Positions 19,915-29,973 of a stretch of 64,000 nucleotides of DNA are shown here, in pieces. How positions within the stretch are numbered: position 1 is the first letter of the stretch; every line of letters begins with the position of its first letter. Source of the DNA: Planctomycetota bacterium (GTDB taxonomy: Bacteria; Planctomycetota; B15-G4; JADJEK01); contig JBGAIQ010000014.1 of the NCBI GenBank assembly GCA_044225365.1, positions 32,001 through 96,000 on the forward strand, in the 5' to 3' direction. Below the pieces are notes generated by a model. It saw only the letters and a list, made by a program, of their open reading frames with translations, did not search any database and was not told the origin of the DNA. A program made the translations under genes and the position numbers.

Positions 19915-22263
19915 GTGATCGATTGGTGTCGCGCGGCTCGTGTGTCGATTCGAATCCCGTGCATGCTCGCGTTTGCCCTGCTCGGCTCTTCGGTCCTCGC
20001 CGGCGAAACGAAGACCCAGCCGCCGGGATTGCTCCACGTGCTCCCAGGCGACGTCCCGACCGTCATCCTTCCGCCCGCCGATCACGCTGCCCTGATCGCG
20101 AGCGACGAAGGTCGCGACCCGTGGCTGCCCTATCGCTTCGGCGTCGAGGTACCGCTGGACATCGCGCCCGTCGGCGCGATGGATCTCGGTCAATGGATCG
20201 ATCGCGGAGACGAGAGACTGTGGCGGCTGCGCATCGAATCGCCCGGCGCCTTCTCGCTCCATCTCATGATGGACTCGTTCCGCCTCGTTCCTGGATCGCG
20301 CCTCTACGTCTACAACGATCAGCATCGCGTGCTCGGTCCGTTCAGCGACCGCCAGAATCGCAAGGATGGTTTGTTCGCGACGCAACCGCTCCCGGGTGAC
20401 GCGCTCACGATCGAATACGTCGAGCCGTCCTTCGGGCCGCGCGGGGTATTCAACGTCCACGAAGTCGTCCATGCCTATCGCGATGTCTTCGGCTTCAAAG
20501 CAGGCACCGCGAATGCGTCGGGCTCCTGCAACATCAACGTCAACTGCCCGCTCGGCGCGAATTTCCAGAACGAGAAGCGGGCCGTCGCGATGCTGGTGCT
20601 CGGCGGCGGCCTGTGCACCGCGCAACTCCTGAACGACGCCGCGAGCGACGGCGCCCAGTACTTTCTCACCGCGAACCACTGCGCCGTCAGCGGCGGAGCC
20701 GGCGGCTGGAGTTTCGTCTTCAACTACGAAGCAGCGACCTGCACCGGCACTTCGGGTCCGCAGAGCGACAGCGTGACCGGCGCGACCGTCCTGAACCAGA
20801 GCAATCAGTCGGACTACGCGATCGGCACGATCGACGCCCCGATCCCGCCGTGGTTCAACGTGTACTTCCTCGGTTGGGACAACACCGGGGCGCCGTTCAC
20901 GAACAGCAACTGCATCCACCATCCGCTCGGCGACATCAAGAAGATCAGCGGCGACAACGATCCCGCCGCCAAGTCGACCGCGTGGCAGGGCACGCTCGCC
21001 TGGCAGATCCTGAAGTGGGATGCTGGCACGACGGAGCCTGGGTCGTCCGGCTCGGCGCTGCTCGACCCCAACCATCGCGTCGTCGGCCAACTGCTCGGCG
21101 GACAGGCCGCGTGCGGCAATTCGGTCAACGACTACTTCGGTCGCTTCGACGTGTCATGGCAGTTCGGCGCGTCGTTCGTGCTCGACCCCGCGCAGATCAC
21201 GAATGGCACGCAGAACGGACTCGATGGTTCACTCGTGCTGAGCGTCGACCTGCAGGCGCAGTCGATCTCTGCACCCGCGACCGCGGAGGTCGGTAGCGTC
21301 GTGTCGTTCGCAACCGACATCGAATCGAGCGGAACGTATCCGCCGCTGACGTTCGGCTACCAGATCCGGCTCTCGACGGACAACGTGATCGATTCCTCGG
21401 ACCCCGTGATCGCGACCGAGACGGGAACGCAATTCGGTCCCGTGAACGTCGACGCGACGCTCGGCTTCGATCTCGTCCCGGGCAATTACTTCATCGGCCT
21501 CACCGTCGATCCGGCGCAGACCGAGGCCAATGTCGCCGACAACGTGATACTCGGAACGCCGCTCACGCTCGTTCCCAGCACTTTGCCCGATCTCACGGCG
21601 GTCAGCATCGCGGGGCCGGCATCGGCGGACAAGGGCGCTTCGATCGGCGTCGACTTCGTCGTGAACGGCAACGCCTTCGCGCCGCAGACCTACACGGTGG
21701 ACGTCCATCTGTCGGCCGATTCCGACATCACCGACCTCGATCCGCTCCTCGGCTCGGTGGCGGTGCCCGCACTCGGAGCCAACACGGCTCTCGTCAAGAT
21801 TCCCGCGTTGATGCCGGTCGGGAACTACTACCTCGGTCTCGTCGTGAAGCCGGCGGTCGACGAAGGCAACCTCGCCGACAATGTCGTCGTGGGCCCGCTG
21901 CTCGAAGTCACGACGCCCCCTGTTCCGCCGCCGGACGTGAAGGTCGTCTCGATCACCGGCCCGGCGAAGGGAAAGGTCGGCAAGAAGGCGAAGATCGCGG
22001 TGCAGCTCGACAAGGGCAACTACACGGGCAAGGTCAGCTATACGGTTCGTCTCAGCACCGACGAGATCATTACCTCCGACGACATCGCCGTCGGGACCTT
22101 CAAGACGAAGAAGTCGGGAACGGTGAAGATCCAGCCCAAGGTCCCCGCCATCCCCGCGGGTATCTACTTCTGGGGCGTCACGCTCGACGGTGTGCCCGAT
22201 GAAGTCGACTTCACGAACAACTCCGTCGGCGGCGGCGGCGTGACGATCAAAGCGAAGAACTGA
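19915..22263 (+). CDS. Tandem paralog: lysyl endopeptidase-like serine protease with CARDB/Ig-like domains
   Basis: LTANHC, SDYAI, GTTEPGSSGS and NDYFGRF; collinear with the upstream paralog. Confidence 0.88.
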   Translation: MIDWCRAARVSIRIPCMLAFALLGSSVLAGETKTQPPGLLHVLPGDVPTVILPPADHAALIASDEGRDPWLPYRFGVEVPLDIAPVGAMDLGQWIDRGDERLWRLRIESPGAFSLHLMMDSFRLVPGSRLYVYNDQHRVLGPFSDRQNRKDGLFATQPLPGDALTIEYVEPSFGPRGVFNVHEVVHAYRDVFGFKAGTANASGSCNINVNCPLGANFQNEKRAVAMLVLGGGLCTAQLLNDAASDGAQYFLTANHCAVSGGAGGWSFVFNYEAATCTGTSGPQSDSVTGATVLNQSNQSDYAIGTIDAPIPPWFNVYFLGWDNTGAPFTNSNCIHHPLGDIKKISGDNDPAAKSTAWQGTLAWQILKWDAGTTEPGSSGSALLDPNHRVVGQLLGGQAACGNSVNDYFGRFDVSWQFGASFVLDPAQITNGTQNGLDGSLVLSVDLQAQSISAPATAEVGSVVSFATDIESSGTYPPLTFGYQIRLSTDNVIDSSDPVIATETGTQFGPVNVDATLGFDLVPGNYFIGLTVDPAQTEANVADNVILGTPLTLVPSTLPDLTAVSIAGPASADKGASIGVDFVVNGNAFAPQTYTVDVHLSADSDITDLDPLLGSVAVPALGANTALVKIPALMPVGNYYLGLVVKPAVDEGNLADNVVVGPLLEVTTPPVPPPDVKVVSITGPAKGKVGKKAKIAVQLDKGNYTGKVSYTVRLSTDEIITSDDIAVGTFKTKKSGTVKIQPKVPAIPAGIYFWGVTLDGVPDEVDFTNNSVGGGGVTIKAKN

Positions 22264-22281
22264 ACGTCTCGTTCGATACGA

Positions 22282-23886
22282 TCAAGGTCCGAGGAATTTG
22301 TTCATCGCGGCGATGTGACGCTCATTGAGCGCGTCGAACCCGAGTCCTTGATGGGCATCCTTGACCTTTTGGATCTTCTCGTGCGGCCATTCGCACCCGG
22401 TCGAAATGGCGGCGGAACCGAGCATCTTCCCTTCGAAGTATTGCGCCGCGCGATACGACTCGCAGAAGAGCGCTTCGATCCATACGAGGCTGCGATAGAA
22501 CGAAACCCAATTCGTCGCGTTCAGCTTCGAGACCGTCTTCAGGATCTTCATGACCGCCTCGGACCATAGGAAGTGGTATCCGCTGTCGGGGCAACGAACG
22601 CCCAACCGCAACGATATGTCTCCCTTCGGTTCGAGCGCGCCGATCGAATAACGCACGAATGCGTGTTCGAGCAGATCCCAACCCGAGCGGCCAAGGTGCT
22701 TGACGACGAGCTCTTCGAACCCCTGGGCAACGCTCGCCAGAGTGCACACGCTCGCCTTTTCTTCGTTGGCCTTCGCCAAAGAAGTCGATGCGAGCCCGGA
22801 TGTGGCACGCTTCGAACGGCTCAATTTCGCTCGCGCGACATGCAGCAGCTCGGCCCGCAGACTTGCTAGGTACCCCACCGTCGAACTGGGCGCCGAAGGC
22901 GGAAGAACGGAGTCCTCGATCGCTTTGAAGAAGGCTCGATACGCAACATCGTTGCACGGCGAGTCGAACCGAAGCGCAACGAGATCGTGGGTCGAAGGTC
23001 CGCCGTCCGCGGCACTCCCGGCTCCCGCCGGCGATCCCGAAAGACCGTAGTGACTGAGGATGTTCTTCGTGTCGGTGAATCCGGGGGGCAACGCGATGGG
23101 CTCCGGAACGAAACCCGAGCCGCTCTCCGCGAAGCGAAAGGCCGTGAAACGGTTGGCGTCCTTTGCGAGCGACGACTCGACGATGAGCAGCACCGGAGCC
23201 GTGCCCTCGCCCGATCCACCCACGACGAGAGGTCCTCCCACGCCTTCGCGATGGCGCAGTTCGCGCAAGTGTCCGAGGTCGCTGGCGTTCTCCTTCGACG
23301 AATCCTGTGGCATGACTCGTAGATCACGGGTCAAGAGCTGCCGAAATCCGGACCGACGAAGCACGATCGTCGCGGTCTGACCGGGCAGGAGCGCGGGCAG
23401 ATCGACCGCAAAGGAGAACTCGATGGGCTCCTTGGGGATCGCCGTCACGTAGTAAACGAAGAACGCATACGTACTCTCGTTGGCGGAGTAGATCTTCGCC
23501 AGGGAGTCCGTACTCCCGTCGAACACCGCGAGGACGGGCGACGCGAAGGGATCGTTGTCGTCGGGGATGAACTTCCAGGTTCCATCCGGCCGCACCACAT
23601 GCGTCGTGACCACGAGGCCATTCACCGTGCCCTTCAGTTGCTTTCGGATCAGATCGGCCAACTCGGCCGTCGTCATCCACGGCTCCGACCCTTGCAGGTC
23701 GGCGCCTTCGGATTGGGCGAGTTCCGCGTTTTGCTCGATCGGGAACTTCACGCCGAACGGAATGGCGCCGTTCATATGCGTCCACCCGATAGGATCGAAC
23801 GTCGGGAATTCGACCGGCGAATTCGCTTTCTTCTCCGCGGACGACAAACCGCAGAAGATCTTGAGCACGTAAGCAGGCGAAGGCAT
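22282..23886 (-). CDS. Hypothetical protein
   Basis: Long ORF directly downstream of the kinase; ATG 23886 (or GTG 23895) with GGAG upstream; no recognisable motif. Confidence 0.65.
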   Translation of the reverse strand: MPSPAYVLKIFCGLSSAEKKANSPVEFPTFDPIGWTHMNGAIPFGVKFPIEQNAELAQSEGADLQGSEPWMTTAELADLIRKQLKGTVNGLVVTTHVVRPDGTWKFIPDDNDPFASPVLAVFDGSTDSLAKIYSANESTYAFFVYYVTAIPKEPIEFSFAVDLPALLPGQTATIVLRRSGFRQLLTRDLRVMPQDSSKENASDLGHLRELRHREGVGGPLVVGGSGEGTAPVLLIVESSLAKDANRFTAFRFAESGSGFVPEPIALPPGFTDTKNILSHYGLSGSPAGAGSAADGGPSTHDLVALRFDSPCNDVAYRAFFKAIEDSVLPPSAPSSTVGYLASLRAELLHVARAKLSRSKRATSGLASTSLAKANEEKASVCTLASVAQGFEELVVKHLGRSGWDLLEHAFVRYSIGALEPKGDISLRLGVRCPDSGYHFLWSEAVMKILKTVSKLNATNWVSFYRSLVWIEALFCESYRAAQYFEGKMLGSAAISTGCEWPHEKIQKVKDAHQGLGFDALNERHIAAMNKFLGP

Positions 23887-23943
23887 GTCGGGCACTCCGG
23901 TGTGGGAAACGAATGCGCGGCTCTCGTGGACGAATTCTCACGG

Positions 23944-26535
23944 TCACGGATTCGCGGTGCGCACACACCGGAAACCGTTCTGGATCTGGTGACTCTCCGC
24001 ATTCGGTACGTCGAACCCGTACGAATCGAGAGTGGTGTCGGGATCGGAGAGGAAGGATCCACCGAGAGTCGGTCGCTGCTGAGCCATCACGAGGAACGAT
24101 CCGTCCTTCTGCTGGACGACCGCGGGGCCGGCGGCGTACTCGGCGACATTTCCCAACATGTGAAGCACGCCCGTCGGAGTGCCCGCGAGCGGCGCCGCGG
24201 TCGCCGCGACGACGCAATCGCAGTAGGCCTTCCAATCCGCCTCGTCGCTCGTGTCGGCGCGCGCCGAAGCCCCACGCAGCACCGCGCCGGACGCTTCGAC
24301 GGTCAGCCCATTCGCCCACGGGGTGAGCCGAAACGCCGACGAACGCGCGGCGAGTTCCCATTCGGCGTGGCTCGGCAAGCGCTTGTTCACGTATCGCGCA
24401 TAATCGACGGCGTCGTACCACGAGATGCCGACGACCGGTCGATCGAGCACGCTCGCGGACTCATACTTCTGCAGGTAGTAAGGCCGGGCGTGACCCGTGG
24501 CCGCGCAGAAGGCGAGGTACTCCTGATTCGTCACCTCGTGACGATCGATGTAGTACGCCGGGATGTCGATGGTCGTCTTCGACAGCGGACACGTCCATGA
24601 GTCGGGAAACGTGACCCGTTCCGACGGAATGAGCGTCATGTCGGAGTTCGTGTCGTCAGGGGATGCGAGTCCGACGACGAGGTGATCGTCGCGCGGTTCG
24701 ATCCCCGGCGCGGCATCGGTCTCGACGATCTCGCCGGTGGGAAACCGAATTTGGAGGCGATAGAAGCCCGGTGCAACTCCGATGCCAGCGGTCCCCGTAC
24801 TGCCCATGTCGACGAAGTCGCGTGGCAATCCGGATGCGGCTTCGATCTCGGCGATTCGCACCGTCGCGAGGACCGTCGCGTCCGATCGATCCTTCGCCTC
24901 GACCGTGATGCGCGGGGACGAGAGCTTGCGGATCTCGGCGGCCTTCTTCGCGAAGTCCTCTTGGTTCGGATCCAGCGACACGATTTCGTCGGCGATCGCG
25001 GCCGCTCGAGTTCGATGCCAGGCAATCGACTCCGCCAATTCGGCTGGACGCATTGCGCGTGCGAGGTGATCGTCGATCTCGTGAGTCCAGCGCTCGAGTT
25101 GGTCTCGGACTCGAGACTCGAACGCGGCGATCTCGTCGCCCTCTGACACGGACAACGGAGCATCCTTCCCGAGCAGATCGTTGGACAGATCGATTGCACG
25201 GCGGACAACGAGGAGATCGACGCTCTCCCATGGATCGATGGCCATTGCAGTGCGAACGGCATCGAGGCCGTCGATCCTTCGTCGCTGCCGCGCCCAGGCG
25301 TCTCGCGCGAGCGAGAGCACGAGCAAGATCGCCACGACGCCGATCGTGAATCCAGCCGGGTGCCGCCGTACCACTGCGATCGTCCTGCGCACGATCGTCG
25401 GAGGTCGAGCGAGGACGGTTTCGTGACGCAGGAAGCGGCGCAGATCAGCGGCGAACTCTCCCGCGGACGCGTATCGATCGTCGCGACGCTTCTCGATCGC
25501 CTTGCCGCAAAGAACCACGAGATCTCGCGGAATTCGTGAGTCGACGCGATCGAGCGGAGGGGGCAATTCGTGGAGCACCGAATCCGTCGTCGCGAGATGA
25601 TCGTCTCGCTCGAACGGCTGGACTCCGGTGAGGCTCTCGTAGAGGACCACTCCAAGCGAGTACACGTCGCTTCGACCGTCGATCGCAGATCCCTTCGATT
25701 CGATCTGCTCGGGACTCATGTACCCGGGAGTCCCCGGCGCGATTCCGGTCCGTGTGAGGGTCGCCTGGTTACGCTCCCGCGCGATCCCGAAGTCGACGAT
25801 GCGCACGGTTCCCGACACTCGATCGAGCAAGAGGTTCGCCGGTTTCACGTCGCGGTGGACGATTCCACATTCGTGTGCCGCCTGAAGCGCATCCGCGACC
25901 TCTGCGATGATCGTCACGACGCGTCGCACGTACTCGTCGCTGCGATACGGCGGCAGCGTCGCGCCGAAAGGTCGGGCTCCGGTGCGGATCGCTCCGATCT
26001 CGTCGGCGAGACTGGTGCCGTCGACGAACTCCATCGCGAGATAGGCCCGTCCGTGGTCCGTACCGACCGAAAGGACCTTCACGATCCCCGGATGATCGAT
26101 CTTCGCGAGCGACTTCGCCTCACGGTCGAAACGCTCGAGCTCGCCGGGCCCCGCGCCGAACGGGAGGAGCTTGAGCGCGACTCGCCGATCGAGTCGACGG
26201 TCGCGCGCCACGTACACCTCGCCCATTCCGCCGCGAGCAACGAAACGCTCCACGACGAATCCGCCGAACTCCGAGAGGGGAGGGATACTCGCAAGCGGAT
26301 CGTTCGCCACGCCAGCGGCCAGGATCGGAATCGGATCGAGGGGAGACCTCGGATCCTCGGCGAGAGCGAGGATCTGATCGATCTCCCTGCGGAGTTCGAG
26401 GTTCTCGCCACACACCCCGCGCAGGAACCCCTCCCGCGCGCCGCCAACGAGTTCGAGCGCCCGCTCGGCGATGTCTCGGACCTGACGCTGCTCGTCGTCG
26501 CTCAGCGAGCAAGGAACCTTCGCAGCATCGCGCAT
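23944..26535 (-). CDS. Ser/Thr protein kinase with TM segment and FGE-sulfatase (SUMF1)-like C-terminal domain
   Basis: RGGMGEVY, VALK, HRDVKPAN, DFGIA and GTPGYMSPEQ; HEVTN.EY, RLPSHAEWE, MLGNVAE and GFRCVR. Start uncertain (26547, 26535 or CTG 26505). Confidence 0.92.
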   Translation of the reverse strand: MRDAAKVPCSLSDDEQRQVRDIAERALELVGGAREGFLRGVCGENLELRREIDQILALAEDPRSPLDPIPILAAGVANDPLASIPPLSEFGGFVVERFVARGGMGEVYVARDRRLDRRVALKLLPFGAGPGELERFDREAKSLAKIDHPGIVKVLSVGTDHGRAYLAMEFVDGTSLADEIGAIRTGARPFGATLPPYRSDEYVRRVVTIIAEVADALQAAHECGIVHRDVKPANLLLDRVSGTVRIVDFGIARERNQATLTRTGIAPGTPGYMSPEQIESKGSAIDGRSDVYSLGVVLYESLTGVQPFERDDHLATTDSVLHELPPPLDRVDSRIPRDLVVLCGKAIEKRRDDRYASAGEFAADLRRFLRHETVLARPPTIVRRTIAVVRRHPAGFTIGVVAILLVLSLARDAWARQRRRIDGLDAVRTAMAIDPWESVDLLVVRRAIDLSNDLLGKDAPLSVSEGDEIAAFESRVRDQLERWTHEIDDHLARAMRPAELAESIAWHRTRAAAIADEIVSLDPNQEDFAKKAAEIRKLSSPRITVEAKDRSDATVLATVRIAEIEAASGLPRDFVDMGSTGTAGIGVAPGFYRLQIRFPTGEIVETDAAPGIEPRDDHLVVGLASPDDTNSDMTLIPSERVTFPDSWTCPLSKTTIDIPAYYIDRHEVTNQEYLAFCAATGHARPYYLQKYESASVLDRPVVGISWYDAVDYARYVNKRLPSHAEWELAARSSAFRLTPWANGLTVEASGAVLRGASARADTSDEADWKAYCDCVVAATAAPLAGTPTGVLHMLGNVAEYAAGPAVVQQKDGSFLVMAQQRPTLGGSFLSDPDTTLDSYGFDVPNAESHQIQNGFRCVRTANP

Positions 26536-27092
26536 GCGAGCCTCCATCGGCGCTCCGCGGTTCGCAAGGAAAGCGCCATGACCTCCGCCGTTTCCTCCAT
26601 CGAGAGCCCTCCGAAGTGTCGCAATTCCACGATCCGCTCGAGGGCGGGATCGATCGTTCCGATCCACGAGAGCGCCTCGTGAATCACGAGTGGATCGATC
26701 TGCAACTCCGAATACTGGTCCAGGGCGATCTCGAGTTCTTCTCGTTTCCCGGGCGGACGGCGGCGCTGCCTTCCATGGCGACGAACGTAGTCCACGACGA
26801 TCGTTCGCATCGCACGCGAACAGAAGCAGAGGAAGTGATTCGTGTCCTGGAACTCGACGTCGACCTTGAGCAACTTCACGATCGCCTCGCTCACGAGTGC
26901 GGTGGGCTGCAAGGCCTGGGTGTTGCGCAACGAATGCAGGTGCGAGCGCGCGAGTTCCCTTAGTTGTGGAAAGAGTCGGACGAGCACCTCGTCACCCGCG
27001 TCGCGATCGCCATCACGAAATGCGCGGTTCAACAACTCCGTGTTCTTCAGATCTGCGTTCTTCGTGTTCTCCGGACGAAGCCCCTCGTGCAT
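26502..27092 (-). CDS. ECF sigma factor, kinase-associated TIGR02999/ECF43 type
   Basis: LRELAR..L...LQPTALVSEA..KL, HFL....AMRTIVVDYVR and IVELRHFGGLS.EETA; AGGGGAG SD before ATG 27092. Confidence 0.9.
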   Translation of the reverse strand: MHEGLRPENTKNADLKNTELLNRAFRDGDRDAGDEVLVRLFPQLRELARSHLHSLRNTQALQPTALVSEAIVKLLKVDVEFQDTNHFLCFCSRAMRTIVVDYVRRHGRQRRRPPGKREELEIALDQYSELQIDPLVIHEALSWIGTIDPALERIVELRHFGGLSMEETAEVMALSLRTAERRWRLACAMLRRFLAR

Positions 27093-27567
27093 CTCGACTC
27101 CCCTGAGGATTCGCACTTCTCCCGAACCTTGGCGCCGGCGAAGCAGCGGTTCGATGTACGAATTGAACGTCGAGATCCGAAATTCGTCAAGAGGGCTCCT
27201 CTGGCGGCGGACGCCATAGACGCGATGTGGAGCAGGCGTCCTTCGCGATCGATCGAGGGATTGGACATTCATGGAGATGCCGCGTGGAGGAGCGGCGAAG
27301 CGATTTCGCACGTAGGAGGCTCCGCGAACGAACGGGCCGAACGCGAGACGCTTTCGTATCGTGTCCCGCATCGAGTACGTCGCGGCAACATCGCGTCCGC
27401 CATACTTCTGACCGGGAATCCGAATGACCGTTCACGAGGTGGTGCAGTTACCAACGAACACGCAGAATCGTGAACGGTCACTTCGAGTTCGGTGAGATCG
27501 ACGCCACCGAACGGTCGGACGCCGTTGCCCACTCCCTTCCCGGGTCGACTTCGATACCCTCTTGCGC

Positions 27568-28308
27568 ATGCTGCGTGAGCACTTCTTCCACAAGGTCGCG
27601 CCGACCGATTCCGAGTTTCGCTGGCGCGGAATGCATGTCTCGCGGATCGAGAGCTTGACGGACGCGGTGTTCGCGTTCGCGATCACGCTGCTCGTCATCA
27701 CGATCGAGGCGCCGAAGACGTCGGAACAGATGTGGCTCGCAGTGAAGCAGGTGCCCGCCTTCGCGGTGTGCTTCTTCATGCTCACCATGCTGTGGTTCTT
27801 CCACTTCCAGTTCTTCCGACGCTTCGGACTCGAAGACTTCCCGACGCTGATGATCAACAGCGTCTTCCTTTTCGTCGTGTTGATCTACGTGTACCCGCTG
27901 CGCCTGTTGTTCACGTGGCTCGTGAATCCCCTGTTCGGTATCTCGCGAAGCGTCCAGCTCGAGAACGGCGAGAGCGTGCCGATGATCCCGGCCTCCGACA
28001 TGCGCGGCCTCATGATCTTCTACAGCGCGGGTTGCGCGTTGGCGTTTCTCTGCCTCGGGCTTCTCTATCTACAGGGATTCCGTCGCCGACACGATCTCGA
28101 GCTCGACGCCGTCGAATTGCTCGTCACCAAATCGTCGATCGGGTCGCACCTTATCGTCGTTCTGATCGCGCTCCTCGCGATGACGCTTGCGATCCTCCGT
28201 TATCCCGGGCTCGGAGGAATGTCGTACTTCGCTGTCGCGCCCGTGCAGGCGATCCACGGGACGTATTGGGGACGCCGCATCGACCGGGCGCGAAGAGTCT
28301 CCAATTAG
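27568..28308 (+). CDS. TMEM175/DUF1211 family membrane protein (putative K+ channel)
   Basis: SRIESLTDAVFAFAITLLVITIE matches the TMEM175 RxxxFSD helix-1 motif; W..H..FF; about 6 TM segments. Confidence 0.8.
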   Translation: MLREHFFHKVAPTDSEFRWRGMHVSRIESLTDAVFAFAITLLVITIEAPKTSEQMWLAVKQVPAFAVCFFMLTMLWFFHFQFFRRFGLEDFPTLMINSVFLFVVLIYVYPLRLLFTWLVNPLFGISRSVQLENGESVPMIPASDMRGLMIFYSAGCALAFLCLGLLYLQGFRRRHDLELDAVELLVTKSSIGSHLIVVLIALLAMTLAILRYPGLGGMSYFAVAPVQAIHGTYWGRRIDRARRVSN

Positions 28309-28841
28309 CGGAGTCCTCGCACGGCATTGCGGAGCATCTCGATCTGCGCAGGGTCGAGCACGTCGCGAACGAGCAGGATCGAATCCACGCGTTTCTTCAA
28401 CTCGCTGCGACGCGCATCGCACAATCGATCGACGAGTTCGTCGACCTTTGCGCGGTCGATCGTTTTTTCCGCGATCGCGGCTTCGAGGCTCGCGAGCACG
28501 GAATCCGTCGATTTCTCGAGCGCCATCATCTCGGCGCAACAATCGCTGCAGGTCGTGTTGAGCTTCGACATCTGCTCGGACGAGAGCGGCATCGCGCTGA
28601 CGCAGCACGCGACCGCGTTCTTCTGCGCGTCGCCGACATTCAAAGCGGTCGCGTCGTAGACCGACGGTGGCGCGCTCGAATCCTGTGCGGCGAGTTCGCG
28701 CTGGGCACGCACCTGCATCTCCGCCGCACGAGCCCGCTCCGCCTGAGCAAGCGCTTCCCTCGTGCGCAGGAAGAACAGCGTCGCGACGACCAGCGAACCG
28801 AGCAGGAGCCACGGCAGGCCGAAGAATACGAATCGTTTCAT
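28305..28841 (-). CDS. Membrane-anchored periplasmic Spy/CpxP/CnrX-like sensor, Cys-rich
   Basis: N-terminal TM; LSSEQ...IDRAKVDELVDRL...VRDVLDPAQ LTxxQ-type motifs; ACC and CSDCC clusters. Confidence 0.7.
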   Translation of the reverse strand: MKRFVFFGLPWLLLGSLVVATLFFLRTREALAQAERARAAEMQVRAQRELAAQDSSAPPSVYDATALNVGDAQKNAVACCVSAMPLSSEQMSKLNTTCSDCCAEMMALEKSTDSVLASLEAAIAEKTIDRAKVDELVDRLCDARRSELKKRVDSILLVRDVLDPAQIEMLRNAVRGLR

Positions 28842-29227
28842 CGAGGAATCTCCGTGCCGGATTGGGACGAACGGATGAGCACCATCTCGGGCCGCAGATC
28901 GAGTGCCGCGATTTGGCGATCTTCGATCTTGCCCGACTCGAAGTACGGCGCGGCGAGAACGAAATGTTCGGTGAGCGCCGTCAGGGCCGCCGCATCGGAG
29001 GGGCGCGATCCCGAATCGAAGTGGTCGAGGCTCTCCGCGATCCCGGCATAGACGGCGGCGCCCGCGGCGACGGCCGCGAGGCGCGCCGGCCAGGAGAACG
29101 GTGCGGGTTTCTCCTCGACGGCGTTCTGAATGCTCCGCCAGAGATGCGCGGGCGCGACGATCGTACGACCGATCGCGAGGCGCGAGCGAGCAGATGCGTC
29201 GAACTCGGAATCCTGGGGTTCGTTCAT
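28838..29227 (-). CDS. Putative single-TM anti-sigma factor
   Basis: APAHLWRSI anti-sigma-like motif followed by a hydrophobic stretch; ATGA overlaps with both neighbours. Confidence 0.65.
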   Translation of the reverse strand: MNEPQDSEFDASARSRLAIGRTIVAPAHLWRSIQNAVEEKPAPFSWPARLAAVAAGAAVYAGIAESLDHFDSGSRPSDAAALTALTEHFVLAAPYFESGKIEDRQIAALDLRPEMVLIRSSQSGTEIPR

Positions 29228-29808
29228 GGCAGACTCTCCGACGGCAGGGCGCTCGGTGCGATCTTCGTCTCCAGGTTCGCCGCGAGCGCGGAACGAGCAC
29301 GAGACAATCGCGACATCACGGTCCCTTCTGGAATATTCAGGATCTGCCCGATCTCGGCATACTCGAGGCCGATGATCTCGCGGAGGGCGAGAACGGCGCG
29401 CTGGGGGCGCGGTAGCGAACGAAGCAGACGATCGACCTCCTCGCGCGCCTCGACCTGCGACTCGGTCCTTGCGCCGTTGGCGGCTCGATCTTCGACCCGA
29501 AGGGTGGCGTCCTCGCCGAGGAGTCGCGGCCAGCGGAGGAGACGCCGTCGCAGGTTCAGACACTGATTCACGGTGAGTCGGTAGATCCACGTCGAGAGCT
29601 TCGATCGGCCTTCAAACGTCGCGATCTTCTTGAAAACGCGCAAGAAGACCTCCTGCGTCGCATCCTCGGCCTCGTGATCGTCTCCAAGAACGCTTCGACA
29701 CAGACGAAATACGCGATCGCCGAAGGCGCGGTAGATCGCCTCCAGCCCCACGACGTCGCCCGCCATGCAGCGTGCGATGTCCTGCGCGAGTGCTGTTTCG
29801 TCCGTCAT
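29224..29808 (-). CDS. ECF RNA polymerase sigma factor
   Basis: EAEDATQEVFL, FEGRSKLSTWIYR and LALREIIGLEYAEIGQIL.IPEGTVMSRLSRAR. Confidence 0.92.
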   Translation of the reverse strand: MTDETALAQDIARCMAGDVVGLEAIYRAFGDRVFRLCRSVLGDDHEAEDATQEVFLRVFKKIATFEGRSKLSTWIYRLTVNQCLNLRRRLLRWPRLLGEDATLRVEDRAANGARTESQVEAREEVDRLLRSLPRPQRAVLALREIIGLEYAEIGQILNIPEGTVMSRLSRARSALAANLETKIAPSALPSESLP

Positions 29809-29973
29809 CGAATCAAGGACATCCAGGCGCCCATCGATGGATTCGCGGCGTTCGACACGAGACGTCATGGCCGCGCTTCCGAGAAATCTTCGCTCTTCGA
29901 AATCGCGTTGGAAAGCGGCGTCCCCATTAGAATGCTTGGGCCGCCCGTGCTTCGATTCGAGGGAGACCGCGAC

